Part shown: positions 22,536 to 36,591 of the stretch, in pieces
How positions within the stretch are numbered: position 1 is the stretch's first letter
Layout: each line of letters starts with the position of its first letter
NCBI GenBank assembly: GCA_951406725.2
Contig: OX597814.1
Span: 182,094,001 to 182,158,000 of the forward strand
Source of the DNA: Octopus vulgaris
Taxonomy: Eukaryota
Length of the DNA: 64,000 nt
Reading direction: 5' to 3'
The notes under the pieces: model-generated
The model's database searches: none
Told to the model about the DNA's origin: nothing
Seen by the model: only the letters and a program-made list of their open reading frames with translations
Program-made: the position numbers and the translations under genes

Positions 22536-25091
22536 TGTCTTGAATTAAGAAATTAAGAATTTATCTTTACAATAGAAGAAAAGCAGAAGAAAATGTTTTA
22601 ACTGAGAAATCTAAGTTTCTGATCTTAATCAGATATTTCATAGAGACTCAGTGGCTATGAAATGGGAAAATTTCATTGCTCGTTTTAGTGTGTCCAGGTA
22701 AAAAATACCATTTTCACTTATGGAAGTTCGTTAGCTAGAGGTTATAAGAATATCCGGTTGATAAAAATGAAAACAAACAAAACAAGCCAAACACTGGTTT
22801 CACTACTATGCAAAAATATGTATAAAATTTGAAGAGAAAATGTAAAGATGGATTTAAATCAGTTTTGAAAAATAATTGATTTATTGCATATTTGATTTTG
22901 CTGCCTCAACCAGAGATTCTACTCAAGTATGTTTAGTAGGAGTCTTTCCTGGCTAAGGAAGATGTCCACTTGATAATGGATGCTTATGTAGGTTTAATAT
23001 GATATTGTCTGTTATTCAAACATCATATGCAGTTCATAGGAAGAACCTGAGCTTGTATTATTCAATTTCAAGGCAGTTGTAGATGACTGGGGATTCTTCT
23101 GAAGTTAAAGAGCTAGAATGATTTCTTTGTGCTCATATGAGCTGAATTCTGCATTGCAAACAATGAGCCACTTGTCAATTTTACATATCTTCCACTGCTT
23201 GTAGTGGCAAGTTGTTCCTACCATGTGGTGCTTATTTTCACCTATGTAAACTAGGCCATTTGATAGTTAAGTTCCTTGGCTAAGACTCAAAGTGCTGGTG
23301 ACAAGACATGAACAATGAACTTTTACTGATTGTCTAATAGCCTATTGACTTTGCCAGCCACACTCTAGTACCATAAGAACAAGAAAGTTTTCATGTATTT
23401 TGGTTAAAATGATTTTGGCTTTGGAGTTACTTGAAAACATTAATTAATTCAGGAAATCAATTCTATGTCACTCATCGCGATTCTAGTGCAATAAACATTT
23501 GAATAATAACTTTAAAAAAAAAAGTGTCTGAAGAAGGAAATATACTGACATATCGAATGTGAAAATTGGTCAAAATACACTAGAACACCTGACATTTTTC
23601 ACATAGAAAAATAGAGTAAAATTTGAAAATTTTTGTCATTGTACGTCTATTATAATTTCTTACTTCAGTTCTGTTGCTTTGTGCTTATGTAGAAAATAAT
23701 TAAATAGTACTTTGAACCCAATTTACGAGGTGTAATTCACTGTTAAATTGAATATTTTTTCATCAGCTAGTCCTCTGAACATGGTTTGTTATACAAAAGT
23801 GACAGCCATTTCATGAAATAGAGCAAAATAACATCCTGTCATCTACAAGGAGCACCAATGGAAATGTTAGACTTTGCATTGTATTTTGGTCGTAATATAT
23901 TACTTGACTCAGATTATTAAGCTAGAAAATACAGTTATCAAGAACAAATTTAAAGACTGATTCAATGCATTGAAGTATGGATATATACATAGTATTTTAA
24001 ACATACTCTATTTGAACTACTGATGAAGATGCTGTCCTGTAAGGAGACAAGTGAACTGTGTCTAAACTAGAACATTTGATTACAAAGTAGTAATCAGTGT
24101 TAAATCTAGAGCTTGGTGGCTTTCTGATCATTACTAAAAAAAAAGTGTGCTCTTACTTTCATAAAAAAGAAAACTTCACTTTCTCTGAAGCCACTTAATC
24201 TGAGATACATAAACAGGCAACTGGGTCATATCCTGAAAGAAGGTAAGCTTTCTCACTTATGATTTACTTCACCTTTAATATTTCCAGAGTGATGGACACA
24301 AACGACTTACATAAAATCATAGCTGCTGAAGATCTTACATTGTCACTTGTGCAGATTAACTTATGAAAAATTTTGATGTCAAGGGGAATAACTATGCTGT
24401 AACTAGAATAAGAATCCTAGTGAAACTGTACTATTCATCAATAAACAACAGCTTTAAAGCTGTTTCATTATAGCTTCTGTTAATGAGGCTCCCTCTAAAC
24501 CTTGCTATCAATCTGAATGAAATCTGTTAGAGTTATCTAAACTAATAACCAGCTCAGTTTCTCCTCTACAAATCATTTCACCATGGAACCCTCAAATTTT
24601 CCATTATATATGTATTCTTGAAATAGAAATAAAAATTACAACTTCTATTTAACAGTACCAATATACACACATCTTAAGAAACCTACTATAAATATAACAT
24701 CAGATTGCCGGCTAACACCTTCCTAATAACTTTGCTTTCATTGTAATTATATATAAAACAAACAAATTCTTAGGCTCCTTTAAGAGCCATAAAATGTTGT
24801 ACATGCGTTAATATTAACTATTTAGATTGAGCCAACACATCCATTCTATTGAAACATTGTTCCTTCTCAGTTGAAATGTGCCATCTATCAGATGGGTTAA
24901 CATCCAAGAACCTTTGGCTCATTCACAAGTTGTACTTTCTGACTCTTCTATTGAAAACAGTAACCTGCTGACTATATATACCACTCCATCACTTCCATAC
25001 TAACAGCTAATTCTTTTGACCTTATAATGCTAACTCTACTGCTCAACAACTGTTTTGCTGCTCATTTTTCTTCCAGCCATTTACCCTAATA

Positions 25092-25442
25092 GGTGTGGGA
25101 GTGGCTATGTGGTAAGTAGCTTGCTTACAAACCACATGGTTCCGGGTTCAGTCCCACTGTGTGGCACCTTGGGCAAGTGTCTTCTACTATAGTCTCGGGC
25201 CGACCAAAGCCTTGTGAGTGGATTTGGTAGACGGAAACTGAAAGAAGCCTGTCGTATATATAAATATGTGTGTGTATGTTTGTTCCCCCAACATCGCTTG
25301 ACAACCAATGCTGGTGTGTTTACATCCCCGTAACTTAGCGGTTCGGCAAAAGAGACAGAATAAGTCCTGGGGTTGATTTGCTTGACTAAAGGCGGTGCTC
25401 CAGCATGGCCACAGTCAAATGACTGAAACAAGCAAAAGAGTA
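25092..25442 (+). mobile_element. SINE family A
   Basis: Matches 2836-3218 with a small internal deletion. Confidence 0.88.
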
Positions 25443-26500
25443 ATGAATTTAAATTAAATAAGCTGCTGCTTCTTTCAAATCAAGACATCTGTATAAAATT
25501 TTTTTGAGATACAAGAAAGTTTTGTAAAGCAAAATGAGCAGTTGATTGAACAGATAGTATATTAGTGGTATCTTATTTAATAAAAAAATTACGAAAGATC
25601 AGCATTACCTAGTGATCCTATAAAGACAAATCTTATAGCTTAGTCATTTTACTGTTTCTGCTGACTCATCAATTCAAAAGGTTTCTCTTTTTTGACGAAG
25701 CACAACTATATATTGCTTTCATATTTTTATGAACATATTTTATTTATTTGATAAAATTATTTGTAACAACACTTCAAACACTTATTTTCATATTTAGATA
25801 TCTTGAATTCATAGAAAACGCATGCTGTTAGATGCATTTATTGAGCTTTCACATTTAAGCTCTGGTATGGAAGGGTTAAAAACAGTTTTCCTTTAATCTG
25901 TTCTTTACAAGAAGGCTTTTATAGACCTTTCATGTCTACATTCAAAAAGAAAGTATACAAATGTTTACTAGATACCCAGAACAGTCACGTAGAACAGAAC
26001 AGCTTGTTGAATCATCCATCATATTTGATATCAGTGTGTTAGGTAAAAATAACTTGTTCTATTTAACAAATCTCTATATCTTGAATTCAAATCCTTCCAA
26101 GGTCAACTTGCTTTTCATATTTTGGTGTTTGAAGAAATAAGTACCAATCAAATTAATTGACTGCGCTCTCTCCACAAATTTGTGAACTAGGACCACTTAT
26201 ATTCATATTATTGCTGTTTTAAGAAATTATGCTTGGTGCCTGTCAGAGTATATTTTAGTAAGCTTAAAAATTAATATATTCTGAAATTATTTTGCATATC
26301 TATCCTAAAATTGCAACAGCTATTACTTCAAATCAGTATTATAAAGCCTCAGCAGACACATTTTAAGATTTTTCTATTCTAAAAAGGCATATTACCTTAT
26401 TTCTAAAAAACAGTAGGGATGATAGTAATAAAAATAAAAAAGTGAAAAAGGAAAAGAATCAGTTAAGAAAATCTTTATACACTGGTGTGCGAAATTCATT

Positions 26501-26506
26501 TTTATT
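26501..26506 (-). terminator. Candidate polyadenylation signal (AATAAA) of TRPC4AP
   Basis: AATAAA on the - strand ~1.2 kb after the stop, followed by a U-rich downstream stretch. Confidence 0.35.
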
Positions 26507-27721
26507 TTGTAGTAAAATCCTTGTTGCAAAGTTATGGTGGAAAAAATCTTTTTTTAATATGAATCTTCAAAATGTTCATTGAAATAAACTTAAAAAATGA
26601 TTTACACTTATGAAGTTTAATCAAGAGAAAGGTCTTGGGGAAGGGAGAGACTTCAACCAAATCAAAATGTACCCAAGAATAAAGAAATTCAGAGATATGT
26701 AACAATATGTATATTCAAATTGACTGTTAGAATTACAGATTATTTGAATACTTTATATGTATTTGTGGAGAAAGAGAGAATGAAGCATGTATGTACATAT
26801 GGTGATAGTAAGAGAAATATATCTGGTTTCAATATCATTAGTAATAAATGTTAAAATTAAACTATACAGCAAAGTAAATAAAAGATTTCTAGACGAAAGT
26901 TTTAAAATTTCTTTTATAATTCAATTTATAAACAACCTGAGCTGGAGAAGGCTGTTTTAACTTTAATTATAAATTAATAAAGGAGAGGAGAGAAGAGGGT
27001 GTGTGTGCGTGTTTGTGTAGGTGTGTATGTATAGAGAGCAATAAATAAAAATGCTTTAAAGGCTAGGAAAACCTTAATACCACTTTCTCTCTTCAATAGA
27101 TTCAGAGATATGTTCCTTAAATTAATAAAATGATATCAAGAACAAGAAAATATATAAAACAAACATAAATATATAAAAAAAAAAATAATACAACAATGGA
27201 AACTAAAATCAAAATTTATAATATATATAATGAAAAAAAAAGCATAACTTTTGATATTGAGATTTTTTCTTATTCTTCCCTGCTTGCTTTTCACACAGCT
27301 TTGCACTAGTGTTTTACTTCAGTGTTAAACTTCATTTTAGAAAATGGGTGTTTTTTTCCAATTTTTTACAAAAAAATTAAAAGAATAAAGTAAATGAAGA
27401 AAATAGTATATATATTTATGTATATGCTTGTAGATCTCTTTAACTTAACTTCATTTACATAGTTTACAAATTATAATTATTTTAATAATTATAATTATAA
27501 AAATAATTATATATATATATACATATATAATTATCTTTTTTTCTATCTCCAACATTCTATGCTTATTCAGAGCATTTAGCAGGTTTGATTTTTTTCCCTT
27601 AAGTAGATGTGAAACTAAAATCAGCATCTGTTTCCAATTTTGAAAAAAATTTGTAAAATGGTAGGAAAACAAGTATTTAGTGTTGATGGTTTGTTTCACA
27701 TTAGACTGATCTCTAGTTAAT

Positions 27722-27913
27722 TCAGTTGATAGTTTTTAATTTATTCAGATTGTCCCTTGAATCTCTCTTTCTTCTGTGAGTAGAAGGGCTTGGAAGGTAC
27801 AAGTGTGAGGAAATTGGAGGAATATAATGGAGAATAGAGGTATCTAAATTTCGATCTTCTTCCACAAGAGTCTTTACAGTACGTTTCCAATAGTCAAAAT
27901 ATATTCTGGAGCT
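27722..27913 (-). CDS. TRPC4AP: TRPC4AP terminal coding exon
   Basis: SSRIYFDYWKRTVKTLVEEDRNLDTSILHYIPP...KTIN*. Confidence 0.88.
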   Translation of the reverse strand, partial: SSRIYFDYWKRTVKTLVEEDRNLDTSILHYIPPISSHLYLPSPSTHRRKRDSRDNLNKLKTIN

Positions 27914-30900
27914 CTGAAAAAAAATGCAAAAGAGAAAAAAATGCTAGTTATAACAGCAAAATTTTATAATTATTGATTTCTCACATTACCAGAATGTTTC
28001 ATATTAATGGAAGAGAGGACTTTTACTTCATGGAGCTTGCAAGATTTAATGTTCACAACTACAGAAAACACCTATGTGCAACTGTTCCCAACTTTAACCC
28101 TTTCATTACCATATTTATTTTGAGATGCTCTATGTTTCTTTCAATTAATTTTAAATATAAAGAATTTAGTAAAATAACTTCATTATCATTAAGCTAGTGT
28201 TAGGAACATAAATTGTGACTAAGGTTTGGTGGAAGATTTTAATTCAAAACTTATGAAAACAAGACAATGGTACTACAGAGCCAGAGGCGGTTTCAGCCGG
28301 GTTGGTATCGAAAAGGTTAAATCTTCTTCTGAAAGAGTCAGTTGTCAAGTTGCAAGCTGTTCTGGATGTTGCATACGACTATCAGATCAATCTAATTAAA
28401 ACTTTTCAGTTAACATTATATAGGGCCAATAAACCTCTTTAGGTATTATGCCACTTCAAAATGGTTTGTGTTACTTTTACAAATTCTAGATTTAACTTAT
28501 AATATACCTCAATCTAAAACATACAAACTGGTGTGTATTAAGAAAAATGTATTGTTTAAACATTTATTACAAACTTCACATCCAGTCTTGGTATATACTT
28601 CACTAGTCAACTTGAAAGTTGGTTGAAAACAATCTGTTCACCACTGCTGATTACCAATCATCATCATCGTTTAACGTCCGTTTCCATGCTAGCATGGGTT
28701 GGACGATTTTGCCTGAGGGCTGGCAAACCAGATGGCTGCACCAGGCTCCGATCTTGATCTGGCAGAGTTTCTACAGCTGGATGCCCTTCCCAACGCCAAC
28801 CACTCTGAGAGTGTAGTGGGTGCTTTATACATGCCACCGGCATGAGGGGGGCCAGTCAGGCAGTAGTGGCAATGACCTCGCTCGAGTCTTTTTACACATG
28901 CCACCGGCACAGGTGCCAGTAAGGCGACACTGGTAATGATCACGCTCGAATGGTGCCCTTTTATGTGCCACCGACATGCTCTGGCGACAATAAATTAGTG
29001 TTAATTTATATGGCAATGTTATACATGTTTTAAAGCAAATTTTGTATATGCACAGGTTTGAACACACAATGAATAAAGAATACTCATGGAAAAACTAATT
29101 GGATATTGAAAATGCATTTTAAAAGAAACTTTGCTACTTGTCTAGGATTTAAAAAAAAAAGGTTGTTACCTTCCTTTAAAAGCAAATGCTTATGATTTTA
29201 TATTTAAAAACTCTATAATATTGCTTGACACGAAGAAATTTGCAAAGGAAGGGCAGAGTTAATTGACTATGATAGGTGTTTATTTTATAGAGAGGCTAGG
29301 TAAGATTACAGTTGACCCTTCACTAATTTCATTAATGTATGCAAGTGTTACTTTCATTGCTACAACACTGCTCTTTAAACACCAATAATTTTGATTCCTT
29401 CTGGTTACAAACTCAGTTTCTGCCCATCTGAGACAGACCATTGAATCTATGTTAGAGTAATACTGGTATTTTTATTATCAACTGGAAAAAGATGGTTGGG
29501 TAGCACAAGAAAACCAAATATGATGCAACTTGAACTCTTAACCCTTTTGTTACTGCATTTATTTTGAAATGCTCTGTGTTTCTTTCAATTAATCTTAAAT
29601 ATAACTAAAAATTTAGTAAAATAACTTAGTTACCATTAAGCTAGTGTTAGGAACATAAATTGTGACTAAGTTTTGGTGGAAAATTTTAATTCAAAACTTG
29701 TGAAAGAAAGACATTTGTGCTACAGAGCCAGAGTCAGTTTCAGTCGGGTTGGTATCAAAAGGGTTAATGAAGAAGAATGAGACAAAATACTGCAAGGCAT
29801 TTAATCTAGTACTCTACCATTTCTGGCAATTAACTGATTTTGAAACATCAAACAACTTGTGGTCTTCACATTTAACATACATTGCAGAATGCAACAAATT
29901 TAAGGGTAGCATGTAGAAAATAGATAAAAATTAAGAACTGAAATAAACTTACCTTTTCAAGTGCACTGCAGTCTTTGTCTTTATGCAAATAATGATCTTG
30001 CCAGAATAACAACAACTCCCTTCAATTAATAGGATAAAATAAATTAGAAACAAAGTCATGAATAGATTGGTTTTAAATGATAAATTAAGTTTCCTTGCAA
30101 AATAGAAAACTGCTGAAAAGGTAAGATAAATACTTAATAGTATTAAGATAAGTTCAGTAAAAATATTTTACAGCATATAGGTGTAGGAGTGGCTGTGTGG
30201 AATGTAGCTTGCTTACGAACCACATGGTTCCGGGTTCAGTCCCACTGCGTGGCACCTTGGGCAAGTGTCTTTTGCTATAGCCTCGGGCTGACCAAAGCCT
30301 TGTGAGTGGATTTGGTAGACGGAAACTGAAAGAAGCCCATTGTATATATGTATATGTGTGTATATGTTTGTCCCCCAACATCGCTTGACAACCGATGCTG
30401 GTGTGTTTACGTCCCCGTAACTTAGCGGTTTGGCAAAAGAGAACGACAAAATAAGTACTAGGCTTACAAAGAATAAACCCTGGGGTCGATTTGTTCGACT
30501 AATGGCGGTGCTCCAGCATTGCCACAGTCAAAATGACTGAAACAAGTAAAAGAGTAAAATTATTGTTTTAAAAATCTGGCTTGCAAGCCTCGTCTAGCAC
30601 CTGTGCCGGTGGCACATAAAAAGCACTATCCGATCATGGCCGTTTGCCAGACTCGTCTGGCACCTGTGCGGGTGGCACGTAAAAAGCACCCACTACACTC
30701 TCGGAGTGGTTGGTGTTAGGAAGGGCATCCAGCCGTAGAAACATTGCCAGATCAGACTGGGCCTGGTGCAGCCTCCTGGCTTCTCAGACCCCAGTTGAAC
30801 CGTCCAACCCATGCTAGCATGGAAAGCAGACGCTAAACGATGATGATGATGTTTCTGTTTATTTTTGTTAGATATCTTATTCTTTGTTTTAGTCATTAGA

Positions 30901-33900
30901 CTGCCTTGACAAGTTTAGCTGAACAAATTGGTCCCAGTATTTATTTTTAAGTCTGGTACTTATTCCATTGTTCTCTTTTTGCTGAACCTTTAAGTTACAG
31001 AGATGTAGACAAACCAACACCAGTTGTTAAACAATGGTGGGAGACAAACACACACACAACAGGCTTCTTTCAGTCTGCATCTACCTCATCCAGTCACAAG
31101 GGTTTGGTTGGCCTAGGGCTATGGCAGAAGACATTTACCCAAGGTGCTGCACCATGGGACTGAAACCCAAGATCATGTGATTGAGTATCAAACTTCTTAC
31201 CCACACAACCATCTGAATTCCTTTAAAAGCATTCCAATTTTCTTCAAGATTTGCCATTCTTAATGTTTGTTTGAAATCTGATTGTTTAGCTTTAAGTGTT
31301 TATGGCCTGGTCACTGATCATTCCATCTTACTGGCACTTGTGCCAGCGGCATGTAAAAAAACATTTGAGCGAGGTTGTTGCCAGTGCCGCTAGACTGGCT
31401 CCTGTGCAGGTGGCACGTAAAAAACACCATTTGAGCATGGCCATTGCCCAAATCTTTATCAATAAGTGTCTTAAGAATGATTATTCCAGCAGTGTTGAAG
31501 ATGAATATTAGGAATTGGGACTTCAATATTTTCTTTTAAAACATATCAGAGTATAAATTAGCTGAATAACTTTTGTAGAAGCTATCAACCTAGAGTACTA
31601 AATATCTTACTCTAGTTTGCTTTATTTGCCAATCTAGTAAATACATAACATTTCATAAAATTCTGTTGTGTCTGGGGAGAGTCATTTTCTTTTTGTGCCT
31701 TATAATGGAACACATTCACCAGTAAAATTTCCACTTATTTCTTATTTTTATTTTCCTAAATTTTCGTTGCATCTTATAACCTTCTCAATAGTCTTGACTG
31801 TCTGTTAGTCTTGCAAACCAAATCCAAAATCGAAATATTTCATAAAATGTTTAGTACAAAAAAGAGCGTCAAATTGCAGAATAGCTGTTCCTGTAGTGCA
31901 TATAAAACTAACATGGAAAAACTGACATGAGGAGATTAGGAGAAAACATGATAATACTGATTAAAAGCTTTTATGTATTACCTGAAATTACCCATGATTG
32001 AACCAGATATATTAACATCCAAAAGGTCATCTGTGTCATCCTGTAGAGCATGAAGATATTTTGGTAAAATTTTCTTTTGATTGGCAAACATTAGGAATAC
32101 CAGTGTTGTATTTAAACAGCTTACATTTTCCTAATAAACAGACATAAACATAAAAATAATTATGAAAGCTACCAAAAAATTTCAAAATACAATTAAGAGA
32201 AAATGATTTCTTTCTAACAAAAGAACTGACAACTAAGATTTTATGTAGATAAAGCATTCAAGGCAGATTCCATACACACTTTACACTTCAGGAGACAAGG
32301 ATATGAAACAATTTTAATCAGTTTGTTCTAATCTTGATTTAAAATGTGAAAGTTAAATGTATTGAATAAACTGGATTTTTTGTTTTTCATAAATATCTTT
32401 TTCATTTCAAATTTTAATAATTTTAAAACTAAGTGATTTCTTATAGGAAGGAAAGGAGTCATGAAATGGCTACTGATTATGAATTTTAAGAATGTTAAAG
32501 CTACAAATTCAGTGCAAAAATATTTTTCAGATATGGGACAAGACACATTATGTTTAAAATATTGCAGGGGCCACAAGAGAACGGCTTCATCAAATTGCAA
32601 AAATATTAGAGTCATCAATACCTGAGTGAGATTTTGAACACTAATTATGTTGATTAATTTCCGCAAATAGTCAAGTTGTTGTTTAAAATCTGCTATATAC
32701 ACTAATAAACGGTTGTGCTTTCGGATAGCTGAAAGACAAAAATGCATAAATAATCAACATATGGTCCATTTTCATTTACACATTTTCTTTTTAATACATA
32801 AACATACACCAATAAAAAAACATTAAGTTAAAGTACTGTATTGCTGATCACAAGGACAGAAACAAAAACTTATCTCTTTAAATTGTACCTTACATTATGC
32901 AAATGACCCTATTTGGCACAAAACTAAAGGATATGTTTGTATTGCAGACATGTTAATCCATGAGCTTTCAACACAAATCTATTTAAATAGAGTAGAGAGT
33001 CAAAAACTAATAAGCTCAACTTTCATTAACATAGCAATCGGGTTTTAACGAAAACTTTCCAGAGAAATTATTTAAAACTAATCAATTTAACTGAGCTGGG
33101 ATAATTCTTATGGTTTCATCTTCTTTCCACTTATTCTTCCCCACTCACATTGGTATACCAATGCTCACATGCAAACAACAACTGATCTTACCATCATATT
33201 GTTCGTCATCTGAGAAATGTTCAAGAGACAGAATTAAACTTCGGATAAACATGTTAGAATCCACTAGATTTCTGTTGACTGTTGAGATGAATTTATTAAA
33301 CTTAAAAGAGAAGAAAAGGAAGTCACATTATATATATGTATATATACACACACACAGAGTTTTAAGAATGGAAAAATAAAATACTGCTTAAAATTCTAGA
33401 GGCTAGAAACTTACAATTATTTGTACCTACAATACTAGCTTTCAAATATTAATTACTTTATTCATTTAAAAACACAGTGTTTTATTTATAGTCTAATCTT
33501 TCTATTTTTATAGCTATATATATTTTGAATGTATTGGTGAAGTAGTGGAGTTAGAGTATAAAATAAAATTGATAAGCTACTTTACAACTAATATATATAT
33601 TTCTTTATTGCCCACAAGGGGCTAAACATAGAGGGGACAAACAAAGACAGACAAAGACAGACAAAGGGATTAAGTTGATTACATCAACCTCAGTGCGTAA
33701 CTGGTACTTTATTTACTGATCGCGAAAGGATGAAAGGCAAAGTCGACCTCGGCGGAATTTGAACTCAGAACGTAACAGCAGACGAAATACCGCTAAGCAT
33801 TTCACCCAGTGCGCTAAAGTCTCAGTCAGCTGGCCGTCTTTACGACTAATATAATGAACAGAAAAACAGTATTCTGAAAATTTAAAGTACGAACTTACAC

Positions 33901-36553
33901 TATTAAACATAAAGCACCCAGCATACTTAAGTGGTTGGTGTTGGGAAGGGCATCCAGCCGTAGAAACCATGCCACAACAGACAGTTGGAATCTTAGCCAG
34001 CTCTATGCTAACCTGTCCAACCCATGCCAGCATGGCAAGCAGACGTTAAATGATGATGTAACTTAGGGATTTATCGTTAAACAATAAGGAAATAAATGCT
34101 GCCCTGAGAAATATTAACATATTATTAGTAAGAATAAAGAATCCTCAAAATTATGGAGGATTTGCAAATGATAAAGAGAAATCGAAATCAAATTCAATAA
34201 CTGGCATCCGTGCTAGTGGAGCGCTAAGAAGACCAGCTGAGCGTGATCGTTGCCAGAGCAACAAAATGGCTTCCATGCCAGTGGCATGTAAAAAGTACCA
34301 TTTAAATGTGATCATTACCTGTGTCGCCTTACTGGCACTTGTGCTGGTGGCATGCGAAAAAAAACTTGAGCGAGGTCGTTTTCAGTGCCGCTGGAGTGGC
34401 TCCTGTGCAGGTGGCACATAAAAAGCACCATTTGAGTGTGGTCGTTGCCAGTACCTCCTGACTGGCCCTTGTGCCAGTGGCACGTAAAAGCACCCACTAC
34501 ACTCTTAGAGTGGTTGGTGTTAGGAAGGGCATCCAGCTGTAGAAACTCTGCCAGATCAGATTGGAGTCTGGTGCAGCCATCTGGTTCACCAGTCCTCAGT
34601 CAAATCGTCCAACCCATGCTAGCATGGAAAGCAGACGTTAAACGATGATGATGATAATGATGATGAAATGCGAGATGCAGACAAATATACAATCTAAATC
34701 TTAAGATTTACATTACACATATGCATAACAAAGAAAATAACATTACTAGACACTGAAAATATTACATGCTCTTGATATAATAGAAAAACACAAACTATTC
34801 TATGTTCTGAAGGCATATGGAGCCATGTTGGATTGTGATATAAAAATATGTAATAGAACTAGCGCAATAAAAAATTAAAAACATCAGTCTTCAACTCACT
34901 TTACTTTCTGTATTGAGGATAGTATCGAAGTCCTTGAATCCATCAATGTTGAATTTTATAAGTTCACCCAAGAGATCAAAACTACTCTGAAGAATCTCTT
35001 TGTTGGCTATATCATGTTTCACAATATTACCAGCAACGTGCTAAAAAATAAAAAAAAATAAATGAAATATATCCTTCATTAGTTAAAGTGATGAGTAAAC
35101 TGGTAGGAGATTATATGTCGAGAGGGAGAGAAAGATTTCCTTTTGACTGTTTTAGATTTAATATTACATGCTTACATGTGGATGAGAGGATTTATTACTG
35201 GTGCAGATTTTTTTTTTTCATATTGCTAACCAAAGTTGGAACCTTTTCTTTTGCATTAGTCAAGCAAAATTCAGAGTTAAATCCCTTATTCTTGAACTTG
35301 ACAATGAACGAAAATGCGATTTGAGGGAGATTTGGCTTCCACATCAAGTGGACATAGAGACTTCAATGGCTTACATATAAAATATTAACAGTAGTAGTCA
35401 CTATCCATTAGATGAAGAAAAACTGCCATGCTTGAAATACAAAAATGGAGTTCATAAGCGTCTTAATAAATATTGAAATCTGTGTGTGCACAACAATGCA
35501 ACAGGATCTTAAATACTTTTTTTAATAAGCTACAAGTACTTGTATAACAAACTCCATAAATAGTCATGGACTGCAGATCAGGTTCCTACAGCCGGTCTTC
35601 TTCATCGCCCGAATCTCCGGCCCCTCCCTTCAGTGCTTCTACAATGGCGCTTAAGGTGGTTCGGCCATACAGCCTGGCATCCAGAGGGTGAGCCGATTCG
35701 TGATCTCCTCCTCCCACCTCCACTTCCCAGCTGGCGCAAACGCACGAGCGGGCAGCTGAAGACCTGGGCAACGACGATAAAGGAGGACCTCTCTGAACTC
35801 TCAGGTCCGCAGGTGGTTGGTCTGCACAGATGGAACCGCGAATGGCTTGCTATCTCCAGTGACCTCGCACAGGACTGTCGGGTGTGGGTTGCCAGGACCA
35901 AAGAAGCCAGCTCAACCCGCCCTGGGTGAATGCCATCACAAGCAAGCAAGGACTGCAGACTTCAGATATCATACAAAACTTCTGTTACCTATGCAAGCAA
36001 ATTATTCCTGGATATGTAGTAGTGATAAAATAAACAGTGAGAGAGACAGACATGCTTAAACAGAAAGTTATATTTGTACACTGATATCAAATTGCTACAA
36101 CTAGTAGCCAACAAATGCACTGTTTCTTCTATGACTACAACAGATTCTGCTCATTTGAACCAAGATGCATACATCTCTGTTGAAATCTACCCATATTAAC
36201 CACAATAAACTCTTTTCCTGCCAAGATTACAAACTTACTAAACCTCCTCTCACCCTTTAGGCATTAGCATACAAAAGTTCAACCTGAACATTATTCACAT
36301 TGGTAGCAACAATTTGGTAAGACTCCAGAATCCAAGGGTATTGGTCTATCCACTTTCCAACCTCAACTAAATTAACATCAAAAACTTAATTTTAAATAAA
36401 GTGAGACAGAGAAAGAAAAAAACCAATTACCTGAAGCAAATCCCGCCGCATAAGAAAAATCTGATCACAGTAGGAAGTGTTACCCCTAAGATAACTTTCA
36501 ACAGCTCGAGCTAACCAAAACCTGCAAGGAAGATTAGTTCATATACATGTGTG

Positions 36554-36591
<38 letters not shown>

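Noticed and set aside
24015-24065. CTGATGA hammerhead-like core
   Set aside because: No GAAA box or consistent stems downstream
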